64,000 nucleotides of DNA, taken from an uncultured Acidobacteriota bacterium (GTDB lineage Bacteria > Acidobacteriota > Vicinamibacteria > Vicinamibacterales > 2-12-FULL-66-21). The stretch spans positions 298,714-362,713 of the forward strand of contig CAVZGT010000005.1 of the NCBI GenBank assembly GCA_963774855.1, read 5' to 3'. The notes under the pieces were generated by a model, which saw nothing but the letters and a program-made list of their open reading frames with translations, had not been told where the DNA came from and made no database searches. Below are positions 9,673 through 17,822 of this stretch, piece by piece. A program made the translations under genes and the position numbers. How positions within the stretch are numbered: position 1 is the stretch's first letter; each line of letters starts with the position of its first letter.

Positions 9673-11217
9673 TCAGGTTTCGGCGCCGTAGGAGATCTGC
9701 ATGCGCCGGACGGCGAGACTGGCGATCCACAGGACGAACGCGGTCAGGAGCAGCAACCCGAGAATCGCACCTGGCCGCGAGGCGGGAGCGGCGGGCGCCG
9801 CCAGCAGCCGGATCAGCATCGGGGCGTCATCCTCCATCGGCGCGGGCACGGGACACAGGGACTGCAGGTAGTACAGGATGCTCATCTTCTGCAGCACGTG
9901 CGGAAGGATGCCGTTGACCCCCTCCCAGGCGAGCAGCACGGCCGCCGGGATAATCGGATTGCGGACGTACAGCCCGACCGCGAGAAAGACGCTCCCGTAG
10001 CCGACGCAGCCGAGCACGGCAGCCGTCGCATACCAGAAAAAGTGTCCCATGCCGCCGGCATTCCAGTACGCCTGGACTTCGACCGCATCGTGCGGCCAGA
10101 CCATGGCCGCAAGCGCGAGCAGGGCGCCGCCGCCGAAGATCACGGAGGACGCAATCAGCCCGGCCGCGTACTTGCCGGCGAGGAGCACCTCGCGCCGGGC
10201 CGGCGCGAGAAACCAGAAGTGCAGCGTCCGGTTGCTCATCTCGCCCTGGAAGAGATACATGAAGATGCCGAGACAGCCGAAGAAGATCGCGAGCCGCAGG
10301 TAGAAGTACTGGAAGATCCCCGCGAAGATCATCCGGTCCTCTTCGAATACGAGCAGGGTGTTGATGTTCCTGCGCTCCAGCTTGCCGTCGGCGAACCGGA
10401 GCCGCGCCTCCCGCCGCCCGTCGAAGTAGACGATCTCGCGATACTCGGTCCGCTCCTCGGTGAACCCGGCGCCCGTAGACGAGGCCGCCGTGCTGAACAC
10501 TTTTCCGTCGCTGCTCACCTGGATGTTGAAGTCGCGGGTGTCGGAGTCCTCGTTTTCGCCTCCCGCACTGGCGTGCTTCACGACGAAGCGCGTCACCGGA
10601 CGAACCGCTCCCAGATCGACCTGCAGGAACAAGGGCCGGTCTTGAGCGCACCATCTGTCGAACTGGCCACCCGCCACGGTGCCGTTCACGGCCTTCTCCG
10701 GCCCCTGCTCCGGGCTGCACGGCGCACTTCCAGTGGCGGGACGATCGAGCGCGAGATTCACCCGTCCATCCGGGCCGTAGACCTCGAACTCGTAGATCCT
10801 GGCCACCGGCTCCCCGCTGTAGGAAGGACGGGTGATGTTCAGGCGGACGAAGCGGGCGTCGGCCTTCGGCTCGATCACGTGGGTCGTCGTCCCCGCATTC
10901 CCGGCGCGTTGCCGGACGCGGCGGACCCGCACCCCCGCCGAGTATTCCTCGGCCGGCTTTCCCAGCCGATTCTTCACGTCATCGGGCGTTTCTCCCTCCC
11001 GGACGCTGTCCATCAGCGCCGGGGGAATCACGCCGCGCCGGGTCAGCCGGTCGCTCCGGAACTTCGCATCGAGACCGTGCCCGAAGAAGATCACCGCGGG
11101 CAGGAGCGCCAGCGCGTAAACCCAGAGCGAGCGCTTGGCGAAGAAGGCTCGCCGGAGCTCGAGCTTCGCGATCGTCCACGCCTGCCTGGCCCTCCCCCGG
11201 AAAGAACTCGGGGTCAC
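9673..11217 (-). CDS. ABC-2 type transporter permease with an inserted extracytoplasmic discoidin (F5/8 type C) domain
   Basis: 514 aa, GTG start 3 nt after the upstream stop. N-terminal TM: SLWVYALALLPAVIFFG. Discoidin-like motifs: ARFVRLNITRPSYSGEPVARIYEFEVYG, then NLALDRPATGS..AVNGTVAGGQFDRWCAQDRPLFLQVDLGAVRPVTRFVVKHA..FNIQVSSDGKVF. A C-terminal polytopic ABC-2 block follows (IFQYFYLRLAIFFGCLGIFMYLF .. ILGLLLLTAFVLWIASL). Confidence 0.8.
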   Translation of the reverse strand: MTPSSFRGRARQAWTIAKLELRRAFFAKRSLWVYALALLPAVIFFGHGLDAKFRSDRLTRRGVIPPALMDSVREGETPDDVKNRLGKPAEEYSAGVRVRRVRQRAGNAGTTTHVIEPKADARFVRLNITRPSYSGEPVARIYEFEVYGPDGRVNLALDRPATGSAPCSPEQGPEKAVNGTVAGGQFDRWCAQDRPLFLQVDLGAVRPVTRFVVKHASAGGENEDSDTRDFNIQVSSDGKVFSTAASSTGAGFTEERTEYREIVYFDGRREARLRFADGKLERRNINTLLVFEEDRMIFAGIFQYFYLRLAIFFGCLGIFMYLFQGEMSNRTLHFWFLAPARREVLLAGKYAAGLIASSVIFGGGALLALAAMVWPHDAVEVQAYWNAGGMGHFFWYATAAVLGCVGYGSVFLAVGLYVRNPIIPAAVLLAWEGVNGILPHVLQKMSILYYLQSLCPVPAPMEDDAPMLIRLLAAPAAPASRPGAILGLLLLTAFVLWIASLAVRRMQISYGAET

Positions 11218-11220
11218 GAG

Positions 11221-12192
11221 TCACCGCCGATCAGATATTCGTACAAGCGCGTCGACGTTCTCGTCGGCCGGCACCACGCTCTCGATCCTGTGGCCGTCGA
11301 GCGCGATCCGTCCGAGCGCCCGGGCAAACTGCTCCCGGTCCCGTGTCATCACCAGCATCCCGAGGTGATCGCCGTGCAGCTTGATCTCGGTGATGTGGTC
11401 CTCACGGAACAGCTGCGCGGCCACGCCGGATGCGTTCCGATCGCGGCACCGGACGATGTACTGGCTGGGATGCTCATCGATCTCGTCGCGCACGTCGCGG
11501 ATCTTCCCTTCGGCCACGATCATCCCGTTGGCGATCAGCACGACCTGGTCGCTGATCAGATCCACCTCCTGCAGCACGTGGCTCGAGAGGATGACGTGCT
11601 TCCCGTCGGCTGCCCAGGCGCGGAACAGATCGATCGTCTCCGCGCGCACCAGCGGGTCGAGGCCGTTCAGCGGCTCGTCCAGCACCAGCACGGCCGGATC
11701 GTGCGCGACGGCCTGCGCCAGCCGCACCCGCTGCCGCATGCCCTTGGAATACGCCGCGACCTTGCGGTTCGCCGCGTCGGTCAGGCTCACGCGCTCGAGC
11801 GCCTTCCACGCCCGTTCCTCCGCTTCCGATCGCCCGTAGCCGAAAAGCAGCAGCCCCGTCGTGATGAAGGTGAACCCGGTGGCCCAGCGCGGCGCGGTGT
11901 CGTACTGCGTGGCGTATCCCGTTATCCGCATCAGCGTTTCGGGATCGCGCGGGGAGATCCCGCGCACGAGGATGCGGCCGTGGTCGGGGAAGATCAGCCC
12001 GGTCATCATGTTCATCAGCGTCGTCTTGCCGGAGCCGTTCGGCCCGACCAGGCTCGTGATTCCCGGGGGGATGTTCAACGTGACGCGGTTCACGCCGAGC
12101 ACCTCGCCGTAGAACTTCGAGACCTCGTCAAAAATTACTCCGGGGGGCTTTTGCTCGTGCGCGGCCGCCATCGGGAGATGGTCATTGCTCAT
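11221..12192 (-). CDS. ABC transporter ATP-binding protein
   Basis: The real start is ATG 12192 (MSNDHLP..), overlapping the upstream stop in an ATGA. Walker A GPNGSGKTT, signature YSKGMRQR, Walker B VLVLDEPLNGLD, H-loop SSHVL. The 591-aa listed ORF has a spurious N-terminal extension. Confidence 0.9.
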   Translation of the reverse strand: MSNDHLPMAAAHEQKPPGVIFDEVSKFYGEVLGVNRVTLNIPPGITSLVGPNGSGKTTLMNMMTGLIFPDHGRILVRGISPRDPETLMRITGYATQYDTAPRWATGFTFITTGLLLFGYGRSEAEERAWKALERVSLTDAANRKVAAYSKGMRQRVRLAQAVAHDPAVLVLDEPLNGLDPLVRAETIDLFRAWAADGKHVILSSHVLQEVDLISDQVVLIANGMIVAEGKIRDVRDEIDEHPSQYIVRCRDRNASGVAAQLFREDHITEIKLHGDHLGMLVMTRDREQFARALGRIALDGHRIESVVPADENVDALVRISDRR

Positions 12193-13049
12193 CGGACCAC
12201 CTCGACGGGCCGCAGCTTGCGTTCGATCACGAGGACGAGCAGGACAACGTAGACCGCCAGCGCCAGTATGGATGCCACCGCCCCCGGACCTTCGAGCGGG
12301 TCCACGCTCAGCAGCGCGGCCCACACCCGGTTGACCGCCCAGGCCGGATTCATAACGCGCCCCCACGTCACGCGGAAGACTTCGTCGATCATCGCGGACA
12401 TGCCGGCCAGGATGAAGAAGAAGGCGAGGCTGACCCCCCCGGCCACGACCCTCCACTTTACGTATGCGGAACTGGCCATCGCCACCAGGCCCAGAACCAG
12501 CAACCAGAGAAGGAATCCCACCACCATGCCGGCACCCAGCGTCCAGTTCGCCAGGAACCACCAGCCGCCGGCCAGGCCGACTTGCAGTCCGAAGAGAAGG
12601 AGGCCCGGGATCCACGTGACGACCGACAGCATGCCGATGATCACGGTCAGCCGCGCCAGGGCGTAGCTCCAGCGCGTAAGGGGCCGGCTGAAATAAAGAG
12701 GAAGCGCGTTGTTCGCGAGGTCCGGCGCCACCAGCCCGGGGCCCGCCAGCGCCGCGAGGAAGACCGCGCAGGCCCCCTGGACGTACATGAAGATCGAGAA
12801 GAACCTGCCGTCGACCTGGATGAACGCGCGAAACTCCGGTTCGAGCCCCTGGAGCAGATCCACATGATTGGTGAGATAGACGAAGCCGGCGCACAGGAGG
12901 GGCCAGACGAACGCCGCCATCGTGAGCAGCAGCACCAAACGCTGCTGATAGAGCCGGCGCCAGGCATAGCTCGGAAGGACCATGAACCGCGTCCACCGTC
13001 CCGTGAGCGGTCCGGCGTACCGCTGATATCCCCGCTTGTAAACAGCCAT
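12189..13049 (-). CDS. ABC-2 family-like polytopic membrane permease
   Basis: 286 aa with about six hydrophobic spans (LVLLLTMAAFVWPLLCAGFVYL, ACAVFLAALAGPGLV, LTVIIGMLSVVTWIPGLLLFGL, GMVVGFLLWLLVLGLVAMA, GVSLAFFFILAGM, ILALAVYVVLLVLVI). Translationally coupled to the downstream ATPase. Confidence 0.65.
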   Translation of the reverse strand: MAVYKRGYQRYAGPLTGRWTRFMVLPSYAWRRLYQQRLVLLLTMAAFVWPLLCAGFVYLTNHVDLLQGLEPEFRAFIQVDGRFFSIFMYVQGACAVFLAALAGPGLVAPDLANNALPLYFSRPLTRWSYALARLTVIIGMLSVVTWIPGLLLFGLQVGLAGGWWFLANWTLGAGMVVGFLLWLLVLGLVAMASSAYVKWRVVAGGVSLAFFFILAGMSAMIDEVFRVTWGRVMNPAWAVNRVWAALLSVDPLEGPGAVASILALAVYVVLLVLVIERKLRPVEVVR

Positions 13050-13053
13050 TAGT

Positions 13054-13140
13054 CAGCTTCCGGCTTCCAGCTTCCCATTTCCAAGTTCCAGGATTTCAGT
13101 TTCCGGCTTCCTGCGGGGAGCTGGGAGCTGGGGGCTGGGA
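13054..13140. repeat. heptad NNNTTCC tandem array followed by near-complementary GGGAGCT heptads
   Basis: cagcTTCC ggcTTCC agcTTCC catTTCC aagTTCC .. agtTTCC ggcTTCC, then GGGGAGCT GGGAGCT GGGGGCT GGGA. It spans the ATPase stop (13096) and the spacer before the permease start (13049). Confidence 0.7.
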
Positions 13141-14076
13141 GGTGGCTGACAGGTGGCCCATGGCTTTCAGGAAGATCTCCTCCAGCGTATCGCGGCGGTG
13201 CGTGAGCTTCCTCACCAACAGGTTCTGCTGCGCGGCGAGCCCCCAGACGGCTTCGACTTCGACTCCCGCCGGCAGGACGATACGCCAGCGCCCGCCGCCT
13301 TCGGAGACACCCTCGGCGCCGATCTCCGGCAGAGACGCCCTGAGGTTCCGATCGTCGCCCGTCACCTCGAGCTCGACGAAGTGCCTGTTCGACCGCCGCT
13401 CTTCTTCAAGGTTGCACTGGTGCACGATCGCGCCGTCCTTCATGATCACGGCCTCGTCGCACACCTGCTCGATGTCGCGCAGCAGGTGGGAGCAGACGAG
13501 CACGTTCATCCCCTGCTCCTTCTTCATGTCGACGATGAGCTTGAGCATCCGCCGGCGAGCGGCAGGATCGAGCCCGTTGGTCGGTTCGTCCAGCACGACC
13601 AGCTCCGGCCCGTGAACGATCGCCTGGGCGAGCTTGGCCATCTGCTTCATCCCGTACGAGTAGGTCCGCAGCTCGCGGTAGCGCGCCTCCCCCAACCCTA
13701 CGTGGAACAGGACCTCGTGCGCCTGCTCGAGCGCAGCCTTCGGCGGGAGGCCCGAGAGCTCGGCCATCTGGCGCAGGAAGGTGACCGCCGTCATCTCCCC
13801 AACGAACGAGTCGTTCTCGGGCATGTAGCCGATTCGCGACCGGGCCTCGCCCATGTTGCGCCGGCAGTCCAAGCCGAGGATACGGGCGCGTCCGGCGCTG
13901 GGCTTGAGAAACCCGAGCAGCGTCAGAATCAGGGTGGACTTGCCCGCCCCGTTGGGCCCCAGCAGGCCCACCGCGTTTCCGGTGCCCGAAACGCCGAGAC
14001 GGCAGGTGATCCCGTGGAGGATCTCCCGCCGTCCCAGTTTCACTTTCAGGTTCTCGAGTTCGATGACTGGTGTCAT
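13096..14076 (-). CDS. ABC transporter ATP-binding protein
   Basis: ORF 13096..14082 begins at a TTG. ATG 14076 gives MTPVIELENLKVKLG. Walker A GPNGAGKST, signature YSYGMKQM, Walker B LVVLDEPTNGLD, H-loop CSHLL. The last ~15 codons (PPAPSSPQEAGN) run into the heptad repeat, so the true stop is slightly uncertain. Confidence 0.9.
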   Translation of the reverse strand: MTPVIELENLKVKLGRREILHGITCRLGVSGTGNAVGLLGPNGAGKSTLILTLLGFLKPSAGRARILGLDCRRNMGEARSRIGYMPENDSFVGEMTAVTFLRQMAELSGLPPKAALEQAHEVLFHVGLGEARYRELRTYSYGMKQMAKLAQAIVHGPELVVLDEPTNGLDPAARRRMLKLIVDMKKEQGMNVLVCSHLLRDIEQVCDEAVIMKDGAIVHQCNLEEERRSNRHFVELEVTGDDRNLRASLPEIGAEGVSEGGGRWRIVLPAGVEVEAVWGLAAQQNLLVRKLTHRRDTLEEIFLKAMGHLSATSQPPAPSSPQEAGN

Positions 14077-14084
14077 TCTCAATC

Positions 14085-14105
14085 GAGGGGCTTCGCCCCT
14101 CGAGC
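14085..14105 (-). promoter_or_regulatory. intercistronic stem-loop between the anti-sigma and ABC genes
   Basis: TCGAGGGGC-TTC-GCCCCTCGA: a perfect 9-bp GC-rich stem with a 3-nt loop. It lies 4 nt after the anti-sigma stop and 8 nt before the ATPase ATG. No U-tract follows. Confidence 0.5.
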
Positions 14106-14109
14106 TCCC

Positions 14110-16708
14110 CTACACGCTCGCTCCCGCCTCCGCCAAGGCTACGGCGGGCAAGCGCGAGATCCTTTTCAAGTCTCGCCCCGCTCCGCCCTGGCCACCGTAG
14201 CGCGCTAGATAACTCGACAATCTTCCCGACACGGCCGTCACTGGCGTGGGACAGCGCCGGATGTGTCCCAGGGTCGCTCCGCCCAGGCTCTGGATCAGCA
14301 TCACGTCCATGATCAACCCGGTGATACGAGTACGGCTGGCCGCGTGGATCTGTTCCGCCGTTCCATCGAACACTACGAGAATCGGATCGTGCCCGGCCAC
14401 AAGTTTCTCGAGCGCCGGGCTGGGGGCCAGCACCGACAGGAATCCGAGGGCCCCCTTCGTGTTCAGCCAGCCGAAGGCGGACGGGTGGAGTCCGGCAGAC
14501 GACGGGAGCTGGCCGAGGAAGTCCGGCGACCAGACCAGTTGGGAGCCGCCGTTCCGAGTCGCGATGGCACGCGCCGCAACCGCGCGATCCGAGCCCGCCA
14601 CCATGTAGCCCCGATCGTACGTCCAGGTGATGGCGAGCGGAACCCCTCCTGGTTTGATCGTGCTCCACGTCTGTCCGCCCGCGGTCTCCTGCTCGATCAC
14701 GATCCGCTTGCCCTGCTCGTCGGGCCCAAGCTCCGCGTTGAACGTTTCCACCAGCTTCTGGAGGGAGCTGTCGATGACCAGCGGGTTGTTCGCCACGGCC
14801 GCCATGACCCATGCCGGGCCGGTGGCCGAGAGTCCCGTCACCGCCAGGGCCGCTTCGGTCCCCAACGCCGCGGTCAGGTTCTGGATGAAGCCGGCGCCGA
14901 GCTTCTCGTCCATCGAGGCCAGGCCGCGTTCGAAATCCGGCTCCGCCCTGGTGATTTGTGCGGTGAACTCCTCGAAGAGCTGCAAGGGCTCGCGGGTCGA
15001 CACGTAGCCGGCGAGGAGGGCATCGGCCGGCAGATACTCCGCCGCGCCGCCGGAGCCGGCGTCAGCCAGCCACGACCCCATTCCCTTTCGTGCCCCCTGG
15101 AACGCGAACGTGACCTCGTTCTCTTCCGCACCCGCAGGAGCACGCTGCTCGAGGAAAAGGTACTTCACCCCGATCATGCCGGCGAGCTCGACTCGGCTCG
15201 TCGTTGGACCCCATCGCGACCAGGGGGGGCGCATCGATCCCGATGAGCCAGCCCACGCCGCGCCGGTACCGCTCCCCGATGGCTGCCGCAAACGGTGACC
15301 CGGCGCCCTGCCCCACGTGAGCGAGGGCCCACGCCAGGTGCGACGGCGAGTTCGAAACGACCATCAGGTCGTCGGAAACCGAATACGGTGCGGAAGACTC
15401 GCCCGCCTCGGCGAAAAGCCCTTCCAGGGCGCTCGCGAGCTCCGCCCGCTTGCCGGGCTGCACCCGGGCCAGCACAATCGGCACAGGGCCGTCTATTCCA
15501 GCGGGCCCGAGGACGCTGGCAGAGAAGACGATCTCGTCGCCGAGCAGCGGGGTCACCGACTGGACGCGGTCGGCCATTTGCCTCATCAGCCGTCCCGTCT
15601 CGGAATTCAGCCAGGCCCCGAACGTCGCGTTCTGGGCCCCCTGCTCCTCGGCGAGGGCCAGGGCCCGGCCAATCGTGATGCCGGGATTCGGGACCGTGCC
15701 GTAGACGACCGCCCCTGCGGGAAGATACGGGAGCAGGGCCGAGGTGGTCCGCAGCTCGGCGGGGAAATTCGCAAGCTCGCGTTCGATCTTCACGAGCGAC
15801 CCGAGCAGCTCCAGGTAGTACTCCGCCTCGGGGCTCCAGGAGACCGCGGCCGCTGCCGAGCTCGCCAGCGCCGGGATAGAGGCGGCCTGCTGGCCGGGGC
15901 TGAGGACCACTGCCCTGCCGGGCTGGTTCACCAACACGGATCCCTCGACCACCGAGACCACCGAGCCGCCCATCCCGGACGACACCGCGAAGACGGTTCC
16001 TTTCACCGAGGCGATGGAATCGTGAGTCAGAACCCGCAGGCGGCCCCGGCGCTGCTTGGCGGCCTTGACGATGATGTCACCGCGCTGGAGGTGAATCGCC
16101 TGGCCGCTCCAGGCTGCGGTCACGAACAGCTCCGTTCCCTCGTTGACATCCACCATCGATCCGTCGGCGAGGCGCAACACGGCGTGGGCTCCCGGGCCCG
16201 TGCGGACCGACTCCCGTTCGCCGATGGCGGCGCCTGCTTCGAGAGAGCCCGCGGCCAGGCGGTACACGCCGCCGCCGGCGGAAACGACCGTGGCCCGCGG
16301 GCCGCCCGGCGCCATCATGGCGTCGATGGCGTCGCGTCCCAGATAAAGGACCGACAAGAGCACTGCGGCTGCCGCGGCCATCGCTCCCCATTGCCGGAGG
16401 ACCGGTTGCGCCCAGCGCGAAGAGGACCGCACTGGCATGGCGAGGACCGTCTTCTCACCCTTCATCTCGGCGATCCGGGTGCGACAGCCGGGGCAGCGGC
16501 TGAGATGGTCTTCCACCAGGGTGCGGCGGCCGACGCCCAGCTCCTTGGCCAGATACGCGCGGAAGTCCTGCCGGAACTCCACACAGGTGGCGCCGCCGGC
16601 GTTCGTCACGTTTTCCCAGACGCGCGCCCGCGCGGTCCCGAGCGTGCCGGCGTCCACGTCTTCATCTTTCATTTCCTGTAGCGCTCGTTCCAGATGCTCG
16701 TCGGACAT
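14110..16708 (-). pseudogene. anti-sigma factor (zf-HC2, TM, FecR domain, long C-terminal domain), one frame break near 15190-15229
   Basis: ORF 15062..16708 has CVEFRQDFRAYLAKELGVGRRTLVEDHLSRCPGCR (zf-HC2), a TM (WGAMAAAAAVLLSVLYL) and a FecR-like block (AVLRLADGSMVDVNEGTELFV..IASVKGTVFAVSS). It degenerates after ..LVAMGSNDEPS. ORF 14110..15291 continues sensibly from ..SRVELAGMIGVKYLFLEQRAPAGAEENEVTFAFQG. The two overlap by 230 nt in different frames, and a G7 run lies at 15223-15229. Confidence 0.7.
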
Positions 16709-16787
16709 CGCCGACCTCCTTCTTGACCGGGTGCGGCTTCCGTGTTTCGGGGAGCCAGCCTGGTGAATACCGACGGGTTACTGGTGT

Positions 16788-17315
16788 CTAGCGCTCCATC
16801 TCGGCTTGAAGCCGATGCCGGATCCGGTGGAGCCTGACGGCCACGTTGTTCTTCTCGATCTCGAACATCCCGGCCAGCTCTTCGAGCGACAGCCCTTCGA
16901 CGTGACGCAGCAGGAACAGGCTTGCGTCCTCGCTGTCCAGGGCGGCAATGGCGCGCCGAAGCCGCTCCTTCAGCAGAAAAGGTGACTGGACGGCGGCGTG
17001 CGGCGCCCGATCGTCGTAAACCGACTCCGCGTGAAGCTCCCGGCGGCGCAGCACGTCGACGGCCGCGTTGACGGCGGCGCGCCGGAAGTAGGCGGCCGGC
17101 AGCGCAACCTCCTCGACGTCTCCACCCCGGGCCAGCACGCGCAGGAAGACCGTCTGCAGGACGTCCTCGGCGTCGGCCGGACGCCCGGTGACGCGCAGCG
17201 CCGCGCGGAATACGGTCTCGTAATGGCGCTCGAACAGTTCGGCAAACCCCGCCAGCGGGGCCGTGGAAGTCACGGGAATCAGCAGTTCCTCGATTTGTGT
17301 GCTGGCTGTGGTCAC
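16788..17315 (-). CDS. ECF (sigma-24 type) RNA polymerase sigma factor
   Basis: 175 aa, GTG start. Region 2: FAELFERHYETVFRAALRVTGRPADAEDVLQTVFLRV. Region 4: LSLEELAGMFEIEKNNVAVRLHRIRHRL. The anti-sigma gene follows 80 nt downstream. Confidence 0.9.
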   Translation of the reverse strand: MTTASTQIEELLIPVTSTAPLAGFAELFERHYETVFRAALRVTGRPADAEDVLQTVFLRVLARGGDVEEVALPAAYFRRAAVNAAVDVLRRRELHAESVYDDRAPHAAVQSPFLLKERLRRAIAALDSEDASLFLLRHVEGLSLEELAGMFEIEKNNVAVRLHRIRHRLQAEMER

Positions 17316-17336
17316 CTCGTCCGCCTTACCAACCTA

Positions 17337-17363
17337 GACGCACGAGGAGGGCGACTATTACAC
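17337..17363 (-). promoter_or_regulatory. candidate ECF-type promoter (27-nt motif, copy 1)
   Basis: The minus strand reads GTGTAATAGTCGCCCTCCTCGTGCGTC, ending 21 nt before the sigma GTG. AAT..N16..CGTC spacing resembles the ECF AAC-N16/17-CGT architecture. It matches 20323-20349 at 23/27 positions. Confidence 0.4.
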
Positions 17364-17365
17364 CT

Positions 17366-17767
17366 TTATTTCGCTTTCGCGGCTTTCGCGGCGTCGACCC
17401 TGGCGTGGCCCCGCACGACGCCGTCGCGCTCGCCGGCCATGTCGCCCTGCAGACGTCCCTTGACGATCGTCAGCGTGAACTTGAACAGCGGGCCGTCAGG
17501 CTGTTGTACCTCGAACGTGGCCTTGCCGGCGTCGACAGCGCCCTTTTCGACCTTCCACTGTCTGTCGGGCGGGCCCGCGGTGCCGGTCAGCGCCTTCCCC
17601 TCCTGCGTCAGGTCGAACGCGACCGGGCGCGGATCGCCCTCGGTGCCATCGGTGCGCTGCATCTTGAATTCGCCCTCCCACTTGCCCGTGAAGTCGGCTG
17701 CAGTCTGGGCGGCGCCCGACGGTGCGAGCGCGAGGAGGACGATGGCGGCAACGACAAGTTTCTTCAT
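17366..17767 (-). CDS. small secreted protein, function unknown
   Basis: 133 aa. Signal peptide MKKLVVAAIVLLALAPSGAAQ, a beta-rich body and a Lys/Ala tail. GGAGAA RBS upstream. Confidence 0.6.
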   Translation of the reverse strand: MKKLVVAAIVLLALAPSGAAQTAADFTGKWEGEFKMQRTDGTEGDPRPVAFDLTQEGKALTGTAGPPDRQWKVEKGAVDAGKATFEVQQPDGPLFKFTLTIVKGRLQGDMAGERDGVVRGHARVDAAKAAKAK

Positions 17768-17822
17768 TACGGTTTTCTCCTAGGCCAGGAACTAGAGCCG
17801 GTTTCAAAACCGAAGGTGGCAT

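Noticed and set aside
9898-14812. Long plus-strand and off-frame ORFs (9898..12252, 13153..14208, 13406..14812, 12582..13052)
   Set aside because: All lie antisense or out of frame to the four well-supported ABC genes, which carry Walker motifs and TM blocks. The translations are Arg/His/Pro-rich.
17793-17820. TAGAGCCGGTTTCAAAACCG as a tRNA fragment (D-arm TAGAGC plus anticodon stem-loop), possibly an integration-site remnant
   Set aside because: The stem-loop has a 4-nt loop rather than a 7-nt anticodon loop. No acceptor or T-arm sequence lies nearby. There is no integrase or other mobile-element gene in the window.
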